A stretch of DNA of 35,718 nt, from the IMG/VR virus record IMGVR_UViG_3300048578_000459, positions 1 to 35,718 of that record. One strand, 5' to 3'. This DNA is from a virus. Lineage: Duplodnaviria > Caudoviricetes. Below the pieces are notes generated by a model that saw only the letters and a list, made by a program, of their open reading frames with translations, was not told the origin of the DNA and searched no databases. This document shows, in pieces, positions 9,760 to 18,094 of the stretch; position 1 is the first letter of the stretch, and every line of letters starts with the position of its first letter. Position numbers and translations under genes: made by a program.

Positions 9760-11468
9760 TGGCGGCCCAGGTGAAAGCGGCCCCGGCGAAGGTGAAGAGC
9801 GCCGACGCCGAGCGCAAGGCGGAGCTTCGCCAGCGCTTCGAGGCCCTGAAGACGGAGCGCGCTTCGTGGCTGACGGAGTGGCGGGAGCTCGCCGAGCACA
9901 TGCGGCCGCGGGCCTTCCGCGAGTTCCGCGCCGACGCCAACAAGGGCGACAAGAAGCACCAGCGCATCATCAACTTCACGCCGCTGAAGTCGGCGCGCAC
10001 GCTGGCCAGCGGCATGATGGCGGGCATCACCTCGCCCTCGCGCCCGTGGTTCCGCCTCACGGTCGCCGGCGACGCGACGCTGACGGAAGCGCCCGGCGTG
10101 AAGGCGTGGCTCTCCGACAGCGAGCGGGTCATGAGGGAGGACCTGGCGAAGTCGAACATCTACAAGGCGCTGCACCTCGTCTACGCGGACCTCGGCCCCT
10201 TCTCGACGTCGGCCATGCTGGTCGACGAGGACGACGAAGACGGCGCCCGCGCCTACGTCTTCCCGCTGGGGAGCTACGCGCTGGCCTGCTCTGCGCGCGG
10301 CGACGTCGACACGCTCTTCCGTGAGGTGTCCCTGACGGTGCTGCAGCTGGTGAAGCTCTTCGGCGTCGAGGTCTGCAGCCAGACGGTGCAGCAGGCGTAC
10401 AAGGACAAGAAGTACGACACGCGCGTCGACGTGGTGCACGCCATCATGCCGAACGACGCGCACGAGCCCGGCGCCCTGGGCCCCGCGGGCAAGGCGTGGC
10501 TCTCGTACTGGTGGGAGGCCAACGCCGGCGAGGAGGTCGGCTTCCTCCGCGTGGGCGGCTACGAGGAGCGGCCGCTGATGTGCCCGCGCTGGGAAGTCAC
10601 CGGCGAAGACACCTACGGCCACGGCCCCGGCTTCGCTGCCCTCGGCGACTGCAAGGCGCTCCAGTTCCTCGAGCGGAGGAGCGCGCAGGCCACCGACAAG
10701 ATCGTCAACCCGCCGATGGCCGCGCCCACCGCTGCCTCGACGGCCGTGCTCGACCTGCTTCCCGGCAAGGTGAGCTACGTCGACGGGCTGGGGACGGGGC
10801 AGGCACTGCGGCCGGCCATCGAGATCGACGCCAACGTCATCACCATCTTCGACAACAAGGTGCAGCGCCACGAGCTCCGCATCCGCGAGGCCTTCTTCGC
10901 GGACCTCTGGCTGATGCTCTCCGAGAGCACCGGCCAGATGACGGCGCGCGAGGTCCAGGAGCGGCGCGAAGAGAAGCTGCTGCAACTCGGCACCGTGCTC
11001 GAGGCGCTGCAGGACGAGCTGCTCGACCCCCTCATCGACCGCCTCTTCGGCATCGCCCTCAGGCGCGGCCGCATCCCTCCGCCGCCCGAGGAGCTGTCGG
11101 GCCGTCAGCTCAAGGTCGAGTACATCAGCATCATGGCGCAGGCGCAGAAGCTGCTCAGCGTCACGGGCATCGAGCGCATCGCCACCTTCGTCGGCAACCT
11201 CGCCGCGCTGAAGCCCGAGGTGCTCGACAAGCTCGATCTCGATCAGCTGGTCGACGAGCTCGCCGACAGCCTCGGCGTGCCGCCCGCCATCATCCGCACC
11301 GACGAGGCAGTCGAGGCCCTGCGTCAGGCGCGTGCTCAGGCCCAGCAGCAGCAGGCCGCCACGGAGCAGGCCGTGCAGGCGGCACAGGCAGCGAAGACGC
11401 TCTCTGAGACGGACACCGAGGGCACCAACGGGCTCACCGAGCTGCTGCGCGGGGCGGGCGTGCGATGA
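9759..11468 (+). CDS. portal / head-to-tail connector (T7 gp8/BPP-1-like)
   Basis: LASGMMAGITSPSRPWF, RW....YGHGPG..ALGD, MTAREVQERREEK...LG motifs; ~570 aa. Confidence 0.93.
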   Translation: MAAQVKAAPAKVKSADAERKAELRQRFEALKTERASWLTEWRELAEHMRPRAFREFRADANKGDKKHQRIINFTPLKSARTLASGMMAGITSPSRPWFRLTVAGDATLTEAPGVKAWLSDSERVMREDLAKSNIYKALHLVYADLGPFSTSAMLVDEDDEDGARAYVFPLGSYALACSARGDVDTLFREVSLTVLQLVKLFGVEVCSQTVQQAYKDKKYDTRVDVVHAIMPNDAHEPGALGPAGKAWLSYWWEANAGEEVGFLRVGGYEERPLMCPRWEVTGEDTYGHGPGFAALGDCKALQFLERRSAQATDKIVNPPMAAPTAASTAVLDLLPGKVSYVDGLGTGQALRPAIEIDANVITIFDNKVQRHELRIREAFFADLWLMLSESTGQMTAREVQERREEKLLQLGTVLEALQDELLDPLIDRLFGIALRRGRIPPPPEELSGRQLKVEYISIMAQAQKLLSVTGIERIATFVGNLAALKPEVLDKLDLDQLVDELADSLGVPPAIIRTDEAVEALRQARAQAQQQQAATEQAVQAAQAAKTLSETDTEGTNGLTELLRGAGVR

Positions 11469-11761
11469 CGCCGGGCGAGCGTCGTCAGCAGGACGAGGAG
11501 GATCTGCAGGCTGTCCTCGGCTCGCCGGCGGGCCGCCGCTTCGTGATGCGGCTCATCACACAGGCGGGTCTCTACGGCTCGAGCTACGCCGAGTCGCCCA
11601 CGGCCACCGCCTTCAACGAGGGGCGGCGCTCCGTGGCCATCGCCATCGTCGGCGAGGCGCAGCGCGTGGCCCCGTCGCTCTACGCCCACGCGCTGCGTGA
11701 GGGGCTCGACGCGAGCGAGCTCGCGCAGCTCGAGGCCAAGAAGGACGCCGACACCGCCTAG
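11465..11761 (+). CDS. Bbp19-like conserved podovirus protein
   Basis: LQAVLGSPAGRRFV..L....G......TAFNEGRRSV pattern directly after the portal. Confidence 0.75.
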   Translation: MTPGERRQQDEEDLQAVLGSPAGRRFVMRLITQAGLYGSSYAESPTATAFNEGRRSVAIAIVGEAQRVAPSLYAHALREGLDASELAQLEAKKDADTA

Positions 11762-11763
11762 TT

Positions 11764-11793
11764 GGTCCGTCGTCCCAGCGCGGCCTGAGCCTG
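11764..11793 (+). promoter_or_regulatory. putative late promoter, copy 2 (upstream of scaffold/capsid)
   Basis: GGTCCGT-CGTCCCAGC-N7-GAGCCTG-N6-ATG. Confidence 0.75.
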
Positions 11794-11799
11794 CTGTGC

Positions 11800-12477
11800 A
11801 TGACGACGCCCGCCGCGCCCACCGCCCCGACCGCCGCTGCCCCGGCCGCACCTGCCGCTCCCGCGGCGACGCCTGCCACGCCCCCCGCCACCACGCCCGC
11901 GCCGGCGACGACGCCCCCGGCTGTGCCGACGTCGGCACCCTCGGCGCTCGAGACGGCCGGTTCCACGGCGCCGACCGAGACGAAGCCGGCGGAACCGAAG
12001 GTCGTCGAGCTCAAGGCCCCGAAGGGCCTCGAGCCGCACTTCGAGGCACTGGCGAAGCAGGCCAAGGAGCTCGGCCTCGAGGGCGAGAAGGCGCAGAAGT
12101 TCCTCGACACCGTCGCCACCGTCGACGCCGCTCGGGCGAAGCAGCTCGACGAGGCGCTCACCGCGCAGGATGCGAAGTGGGCGGCCGAGCTGAAGGCGGA
12201 CCCGGAGATCGGCGGCCCGAAGTTCGACGGCGCCATGAAGGACGCAGCCCGCGCGTTGGCCCGCTTCGGCGGCACGCCGGGCGAAGGACAGAAGGTCGCG
12301 CCGCTCGCCGTGCTGCTGCACCAGGCGGGGCTGGGCAACCACCCGTTGGTGCTGCGCGCCTTCGCCGCCATCGGTCGCTCCCTCAAGGAGGACTCGATCG
12401 CCGGCACCACGGCCGCGCCGCCGAAGGGCGATCGCCCCAGCGACGCCGCCGTCTTCTTCCCCACCGACCCCGCCTGA
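11800..12477 (+). CDS. putative capsid scaffolding/assembly protein
   Basis: P/A/T-rich N-terminus; ELGL...AQK, W..ELKADPEIGG, GLGNHP.V.RAF..IG..L.ED motifs; directly before the capsid gene. Confidence 0.75.
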   Translation: MTTPAAPTAPTAAAPAAPAAPAATPATPPATTPAPATTPPAVPTSAPSALETAGSTAPTETKPAEPKVVELKAPKGLEPHFEALAKQAKELGLEGEKAQKFLDTVATVDAARAKQLDEALTAQDAKWAAELKADPEIGGPKFDGAMKDAARALARFGGTPGEGQKVAPLAVLLHQAGLGNHPLVLRAFAAIGRSLKEDSIAGTTAAPPKGDRPSDAAVFFPTDPA

Positions 12478-12506
12478 CCACCCCTCTCACCTCTCGGAGT
12501 TAAACA

Positions 12507-13490
12507 ATGTCCACTCTCGCTTCAGGCGTTGGCACGCTGCTCGACATCCAGAAGCAGCTCGACCCGAACGGTGCGCCGGCGCGCATCATCGAGTCGCTCA
12601 CCCGCAACTCGCCGATCCTCAACGACATCCCCTGGATGCCGACGAACGGCGCCGACTCGCACCTCGTGACGACGCGGACCGGCCTGCCGAAGCCCACCTG
12701 GGTGAAGTACAACCAGGGCGTCACCCCGGTGAAGGGCACCACGGATCAGTTCACCGAGACGTGCGGCCGCGCTGAGGCGCGCATCTCCATCGACAAGGCG
12801 CTGGCGAAGCGGAAGGGCGCCGAGGCCTACAAGACGCAGCAGGTCTCCGCGGTCATCGAGGGCATGCGCCAGGAGGTCGCGACGGGCCTCTTCTACCACT
12901 CGACCAAGACGGCCCCGGAGAAGTTCATGGGCCTCTCGCCGCGCCTCGATGCGCTGAGCGGCATCCCGTACAGCGGGCAGATCATCCCGCACACCGGCTC
13001 GCCGTCGGGCAATGACCAGATGAGCATCTGGCTCATCGGCTGGGGCCTCAACACCGTGCACGGCATCTACCCGCAGGGCACCACCGCGGGCATCACGCAC
13101 ACGCCGCTGAAGGAGGACTACGAGGACGACGGCGCGGGCGGGAAGTACCTCGCCGAGCGCGCGCACCTCTCGTGGCAGTGCGGCCTCGCCGTCGAAGACG
13201 CGCGCTACGTCGTGCGCATCGCGAACATCGACTACTCGGCGCTCACCGGCACGGGGTCGACCATCATCAACGCGATGATCGACGCGGTCGAGCGCATCCA
13301 CTCGCTCGATGGCTGCACGCCGGTCTTCTACATGAACCGCACGCTGCGCTCGTTCCTGCGCAAGCAGATCAACGACACCGCGAAGACCATCACCATGCAG
13401 GAGGTCGGCGGTCGCCAGGTGATGCACTTCAGCGAGGTGCCCATCCACCGCGAAGACGCGCTGCTCACCACCGAGGCGCCGCTCACCTGA
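12507..13490 (+). CDS. major capsid protein
   Basis: 327 aa; IIESL....IL.DIPW...N....H.VTTRTGLP..TW..YNQGV, FMGLSPR, C-terminal VPIHREDALL.TEA; BPP-1-like MCP pattern. Confidence 0.9.
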   Translation: MSTLASGVGTLLDIQKQLDPNGAPARIIESLTRNSPILNDIPWMPTNGADSHLVTTRTGLPKPTWVKYNQGVTPVKGTTDQFTETCGRAEARISIDKALAKRKGAEAYKTQQVSAVIEGMRQEVATGLFYHSTKTAPEKFMGLSPRLDALSGIPYSGQIIPHTGSPSGNDQMSIWLIGWGLNTVHGIYPQGTTAGITHTPLKEDYEDDGAGGKYLAERAHLSWQCGLAVEDARYVVRIANIDYSALTGTGSTIINAMIDAVERIHSLDGCTPVFYMNRTLRSFLRKQINDTAKTITMQEVGGRQVMHFSEVPIHREDALLTTEAPLT

Positions 13491-13499
13491 TTCCACCTC

Positions 13500-13545
13500 T
13501 CGCGTAGCGCGGCGACGGAGCTCGTTCTCGTCGTCGTGCTCGCGA
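13500..13545 (+). other. intergenic RNA stem-loop after the capsid gene
   Basis: TCGCG-T-AGCGCGGCGACG-GAG...CTC-GTCGTCGTGCT-CGCGA pairs with several G-U pairs. Confidence 0.5.
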
Positions 13546-13573
13546 AGGCCTCTCTCTCGAAAAGGAAACCCAG

Positions 13574-14038
13574 ATGCTCCTCGACAAGCAGAACATGTTC
13601 AGCGACGCGCAGGCCGTCACCACCGGCACGCAGGTGTCCACCGACAAGGTCGACCTGCAGGGCGGCAGTTTCATCACCGTCACCACCGACAACCTGGGCA
13701 ACACCCCGGTGAAGGACGCCGGCCGCTCGCCGGAGGTCGACGTCGACGTGATGGTGGTGGAGGCCTTCACCGGCGGCACCAGCCTCCGCGTGGACCTCGT
13801 GGCCGACGACGATCCGGCCCTCGGCAGCCCCACGGTGCTCCAGTCGTCGGCCGTCATCGCCGAGGCGACGCTCAAGGCGGGCTACCGCTTCCGCCTCTCG
13901 CTGCCCCCCGGCATCGCGGTGGCGGATCGCTACCTCGGCCTGCAGTTCGTTTCCGTCGGCACCCACAGCACCGGGAAGATCACCGCCGGCATCGTGCCCC
14001 CGGGCTCGAAGCAGACCAGCCCCAACAGCTTCACCTGA
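13574..14038 (+). CDS. capsid cement/decoration protein (Bbp16-like)
   Basis: MLLDKQNMFSDAQAVT...STDKVDL N-terminus and RYLGLQF......GKITAGIV C-terminus; follows MCP; AAGGAA RBS. Confidence 0.75.
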   Translation: MLLDKQNMFSDAQAVTTGTQVSTDKVDLQGGSFITVTTDNLGNTPVKDAGRSPEVDVDVMVVEAFTGGTSLRVDLVADDDPALGSPTVLQSSAVIAEATLKAGYRFRLSLPPGIAVADRYLGLQFVSVGTHSTGKITAGIVPPGSKQTSPNSFT

Positions 14039-14080
14039 GCCGTCGCTGCTCGCGCGGGCTCTGTACTGGTGGAGCGAGCA

Positions 14081-14115
14081 GCACCCGGCGGGGATTGTCC
14101 CCGCCGGTGCAGTTT
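14081..14115 (+). terminator. GC-rich hairpin, possible terminator or processing signal upstream of the tRNA
   Basis: CCGGCGGGGA-TTG-TCCCCGCCGG (14085-14107) followed by TGCAGTTT; a second hairpin GCTGCTCGC/GCGAGCAGC spans 14045-14082. Confidence 0.45.
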
Positions 14116-14188
14116 AGCGGAGCAGAGCAGTTGGCAGCTCGTCGGGCCTACAGCCCGAAGGTCGCAGGTTCGATTCCTGCCTCCGCTA
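14116..14188 (+). tRNA. initiator (fMet)-like tRNA body with anticodon TAC (Val); non-canonical C8 and C33; CCA not encoded
   Basis: AGCGGAG/CTCCGCT acceptor stem, GAGC/GCTC D stem, TCGGG-CCTACAG-CCCGA anticodon arm, AGGTC variable loop, GCAGG-TTCGATT-CCTGC T arm, A73. Confidence 0.8.
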
Positions 14189-14216
14189 CTCACGCAGCAA
14201 ACGAAGGAGCGACACC

Positions 14217-14681
14217 ATGGCACCGCAGCCCCAGAAGCAGAACGAAGCGCCCAAGACGGAGATCCTCGCGCCGAAGGTCGAGGCGAAGGCGACCGAGAAG
14301 GCGGCCGAGCCCGTCAACCCGGAGCTCGAGCAACTCCGTGAGGAGAACGCGCGCCTCAAGCTGGAGCGCCGCCAGTTCGAAGCGGCCATGAAGGCGGCCG
14401 AGAAGGCCGTGTCCGAGGACGCGCAGATCGAGAAGATGGAGAAGCCCTTCCGCAACGCGGCCGGGCAGCTCGTCGACGAGAAGTACCGCGGCGTGAAGCA
14501 GTACCGCGTCGGCGCGGCCGGCGCGTACCGCGAGGGTCGCCACTACACCGAGGGGGAGATCATCACCCTCGTCGACGCGGTGCCCTCGCGCACCTGGACC
14601 CCGTACGAGAAGAAGGCGGCCACCGCGGCCGTCGAGGCGCCGCCGGCTGACACCGCGCGCGACGCCGACGCCGCCATCTGA
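14217..14681 (+). CDS. hypothetical protein in head-tail module
   Basis: AAGGAG RBS; GC3-rich; coiled-coil segment. Confidence 0.8.
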   Translation: MAPQPQKQNEAPKTEILAPKVEAKATEKAAEPVNPELEQLREENARLKLERRQFEAAMKAAEKAVSEDAQIEKMEKPFRNAAGQLVDEKYRGVKQYRVGAAGAYREGRHYTEGEIITLVDAVPSRTWTPYEKKAATAAVEAPPADTARDADAAI

Positions 14682-14689
14682 GGTGAGCC

Positions 14690-15295
14690 ATGGCCGCTGT
14701 CACGACGGAAGCCCAGGTCTGCAACATCGCCCTCGGCCTCGTCGGGCAGCGGCAGCTCATCGACCGACTCGACGAAGCCACCACCGAGGCGCAGCTCTGC
14801 GCGGCGTACTTCGCGACGGTGCGCAACGACCTGCTCGAGGCCTGGCACTGGCGCTTCGCCACGAAGCGCGCGGTGCTGGCCCTCACCAACGAGTCGCGCC
14901 TGGGCTGGGCCTTCTGCTACCGCTCGCCGGCCGACTGCCTCAAGGCGCGCCGCATCTGGGACGGTGACACGCAGCCCGGAGAGAAGCGCATCCCCTTCAC
15001 GCGCGAGCTCAACGACGCCGGCGACGGCCACCTCATCCTCACCAACCACCCCGAGGCCGAGCTCGTCTACACGGTCGAGCTGAAGACGGTCGCCCTCTGG
15101 CCCACGGCCTTCGTCAACGCGGTGGCCGCGGCGCTCGCCGTCGCCCTCGCGCCCGCGCTGGCCGCGAAGCCACAGCTGATTCCCACCTTCGAGCGACGTG
15201 CCCTGCTGGCCTTCCAGCGCGCGGCCGCGCTCGACGCCAACGAGACCGAGCCCGACGAGCAGGCTGAGTCGGAGATGATCAGCGAGAGGTACTGA
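14690..15295 (+). CDS. tail adaptor / tail tubular protein A-like
   Basis: VCNIALGLVG..I..LDE...A..C...F...R..LL..W.WRFA, Y..PADCL, WP..F..A motifs. Confidence 0.8.
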   Translation: MAAVTTEAQVCNIALGLVGQRQLIDRLDEATTEAQLCAAYFATVRNDLLEAWHWRFATKRAVLALTNESRLGWAFCYRSPADCLKARRIWDGDTQPGEKRIPFTRELNDAGDGHLILTNHPEAELVYTVELKTVALWPTAFVNAVAAALAVALAPALAAKPQLIPTFERRALLAFQRAAALDANETEPDEQAESEMISERY

Positions 15296-17589
15296 TGGCC
15301 ACCCTGCGCCAGACCTCCTTCGCAGCCGGTGAGTTGTCGCCGCTTCTTCACGGCCGGACGGACCTCGAGCTCTTCGCGCACGGGGCGCGTCGGCTCTTCA
15401 ACTTCGTCATCAACCAGCAGGGCAACGCGGTGTCGCGGCCCGGCATGGCGCGCGCCTGGGACGCGAAGCTGGCGAACGTGGTGCTCCTGCCCTTCTTCCA
15501 CGGCTCGGGCGAGTCGTACGTGCTCGAGTTCGGCCACCTGTACGTGCGCATCTACGACGCGCGCACGTTGGCCCTCGCCTCCGAGCTCGTCACGCCATTT
15601 CAGACACAGGACCTCGCCGAGCTGCAGTGGGCGCAGGTCGGCAGCGTGCTGGTGGTGACGCACTACCGTCGCCCGGCCCAGGAGATCCGCATCGAGGCCG
15701 TCGCCTCCATCACCCCGGTCCGCTACGCACCGCCCGGCGACATCGCAGGCGGGGCCCCGCTCGAGGCGGCTTTCCCGTCCATCGGCGGCAACGCCCCCTC
15801 GATGCCCGTGTTGGTGGCGTGGCAGCCCACCTCGCTCTTCGTCGTCGACGCCGCCCACCCGCCGAGGGAGTGGCGCTACAAGGTGTCGACGCTCCTGCGC
15901 CACAACGTCACGGGCGAGGTGATCGAGTCGCTGCCCCGCGACATCACGCAGTACGTCCTGGGCAACGTCTCGACGGGCACCGTCCCGGGTGCGCCGGGCT
16001 CGGCCGTCAACCTGCCGGCCGACAACCAGCTCGTGCTCTTCGCCGACGCGCCCATCTACATCGAGCCGGGGCTGGGGGCGGGCGTGGCGTTGCCGAGCAA
16101 CTGGACGCCGATCGAGAACCTCTACTACCGCGGGCGCGGCACGCTCTTCGGTCTCGTCGGCCGCTGCGCGACGAATGCCCGCTTCGCCGACTTCGGCGCC
16201 GAGCCCGACTACCTCACGCCCCCGCTGCGCGGGGAGTCGCCCTTCAAGGCGGGGGAGTACCCCGCGGCGGTGGCCTTCTTCCAGCAACGCCGGGCCTTCG
16301 GCGGTCCGACGCAGCGCTTCTGGGCCAGCGCCGTCGATGAATGGGCCAACCACGACGAGCCGATCCTCAACTGGCCCGGCCAACCGCTGGCTGCCACCCT
16401 CGTCAACCGCAAGCGCGAGCGTCTCGTGGCGATGGCGGCGCTCGAGCACCTCTTCGCCCTCACCGACACCTCGGTGTGGTGCATCGGGCGGCCCGACGTG
16501 CCGCTCGACTACGACACCTTCCCGTCGGTGACGCGCGTCGTCGACGAGGTCGGGGCGGCGCCGCTTCAACCGCTCCTCGTCGAGGGGACGGTCCTCTACG
16601 CTCGCGCACAGGGACGGGGCGTCCGTGGGCTGTCGCTCGGCCAGCAGGGCATCGTCGGCGGTGACATCTCCTGGCACGCCGAGCACCTCTTCCGGGGCGG
16701 GAGCCAGACGCCGACGGCGTCGTGGGTGTCGGCGCGCATCGTAAGCTGGTGCTTCCAGCGCGAGCCGTGGGGCGTCGCCTGGGCGGTGCGGAGTGATGGG
16801 GCGCTCCTCTCCGTCACGCGCACCGGCTCGGGCACCTGGGCGTGGGCGCGCCACGACACGGGTGGGGATCGAGTCCTCAGCGTCACCAGCGTCCCGCGCA
16901 ACGAGGCGGCCGGTGGGCTCGGCGGGTGGGACGACGTCTTCGTGGCCGTGGTGCGCGGCGGCGCGACGCGCATCGAGCGCATGACGCCGGGCGACATTCG
17001 CGGGCAGCCCAAGTACGTCAGCGATCCGACGTACATCGGCAACCCCATCGGCGCCGAGCAGCTCAGCTACCCGCTCGACAGCTACATCGTGGCCACGTGC
17101 AACAAGGCCGTCGGCGTCGAGGTGTCGGGGCTGGGGCACCTCGAGGGACGCGACGTGTGGGCCTCCTGTCCTGGTATCGACCCCATCGGTCCACTGCGCG
17201 TTGCCGGCGGCAAGGTGGTGACGCCTCCGGGGTGGGGGCCGACCGGCGCTACCTCCTTCAAGGCGGCCATCGGCCTGCCCTACGTATGCGAGCTTGAGCT
17301 GCTCGACGCCGCGCCCGGCAGCACCAACCAGAGGACGGTGGTGAGCGTGGGCTTTGAGGTCGACACCACCGCGGGACTCGAGGCGGGCGAAGACTTCGCG
17401 CACCTCGTGCCGTGGCAGCAGCGGCGGGTGGCGGACTCGTACGAATACCCGTCGGCCGCGTCCGCCCTCGTCGTCGTACAGGTGAGGGGCTCGTGGCGTC
17501 GCACCGGGCGTGCCGTCCTTCGGCAGGCGAAGCCGCTGCCCGTCACCGTGCTGGGCATCACTCGAGAGCTCGACGTCGGAGGGAAGTGA
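15295..17589 (+). CDS. tail nozzle / tail tubular protein B-like
   Basis: N-terminal QTSFAAGELSP.L.GRTDL, RPG, LEFG..Y.R, YP.AVAFFQQR, AWARH and GL.HLEG motifs; 764 aa. Confidence 0.85.
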   Translation: MATLRQTSFAAGELSPLLHGRTDLELFAHGARRLFNFVINQQGNAVSRPGMARAWDAKLANVVLLPFFHGSGESYVLEFGHLYVRIYDARTLALASELVTPFQTQDLAELQWAQVGSVLVVTHYRRPAQEIRIEAVASITPVRYAPPGDIAGGAPLEAAFPSIGGNAPSMPVLVAWQPTSLFVVDAAHPPREWRYKVSTLLRHNVTGEVIESLPRDITQYVLGNVSTGTVPGAPGSAVNLPADNQLVLFADAPIYIEPGLGAGVALPSNWTPIENLYYRGRGTLFGLVGRCATNARFADFGAEPDYLTPPLRGESPFKAGEYPAAVAFFQQRRAFGGPTQRFWASAVDEWANHDEPILNWPGQPLAATLVNRKRERLVAMAALEHLFALTDTSVWCIGRPDVPLDYDTFPSVTRVVDEVGAAPLQPLLVEGTVLYARAQGRGVRGLSLGQQGIVGGDISWHAEHLFRGGSQTPTASWVSARIVSWCFQREPWGVAWAVRSDGALLSVTRTGSGTWAWARHDTGGDRVLSVTSVPRNEAAGGLGGWDDVFVAVVRGGATRIERMTPGDIRGQPKYVSDPTYIGNPIGAEQLSYPLDSYIVATCNKAVGVEVSGLGHLEGRDVWASCPGIDPIGPLRVAGGKVVTPPGWGPTGATSFKAAIGLPYVCELELLDAAPGSTNQRTVVSVGFEVDTTAGLEAGEDFAHLVPWQQRRVADSYEYPSAASALVVVQVRGSWRRTGRAVLRQAKPLPVTVLGITRELDVGGK

Positions 17590-17590
17590 C

Positions 17591-18094
17591 ATGAATCCAC
17601 TCGGAGGACTCAGCGCCATCATCGGCGCTTTCGCGGAGGTCGACGCCTTCACGAAGCGGCGCGACGCCGAGCTGCAGAACATGGCCGAGCTCGAGCGCAG
17701 CGCCGCCATGGAGGAGCAGAACGCCACCGCGGTGCTGCAGCGCGGGGCGATGTCGGTTGGCGCTCAGCGACAGGCGGGGACGGCTCTCGCCGGCCAGCAG
17801 CGCCTGGCCTACGCGATGGGTAGCGTCGACTCGACCTCCGGCACGGCCGCGCAGACGCAGCGATCGAGCGCCATCTTCAACGAGCTCGACGCACAGACGC
17901 TGCAGAACAACGCGGTGCGCGAGGCCTTCGGGCACAAAGAGAGCGCCCGTCGCTACGCGGCCGCCTCGAAGAAGATCCGCGACTACTACCTCGCCCCGGG
18001 AAGCGCCTTCGGCTCTCCGGCTGACACCGAGTTCGGCCTGAAGCTGGCCTCGAGCGCGCTGATGTCGGCGGCCAGCTTCGGAATGGGGGGGTGA
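17591..18094 (+). CDS. small internal virion (ejection) protein, T7 gp14-like position
   Basis: Ala/Gly/Gln-rich helical protein with GQQR.AYA..G.VD..SGT motif; first of three genes of increasing size after the nozzle. Confidence 0.7.
   Translation: MNPLGGLSAIIGAFAEVDAFTKRRDAELQNMAELERSAAMEEQNATAVLQRGAMSVGAQRQAGTALAGQQRLAYAMGSVDSTSGTAAQTQRSSAIFNELDAQTLQNNAVREAFGHKESARRYAAASKKIRDYYLAPGSAFGSPADTEFGLKLASSALMSAASFGMGG

Noticed and set aside
11800-11990. Pro/Ala/Thr low-complexity repeats
   Set aside because: Ordinary disordered N-terminus of a scaffold-type protein.
14147-14153. Reading the tRNA as an amber suppressor (CTA in the loop)
   Set aside because: With the 5-bp stem TCGGG/CCCGA the 7-nt loop places TAC at positions 34-36; CTA is off-register at 33-35. 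TAG stops in the window (e.g. 11761, 27143, 32512) look like true gene ends.
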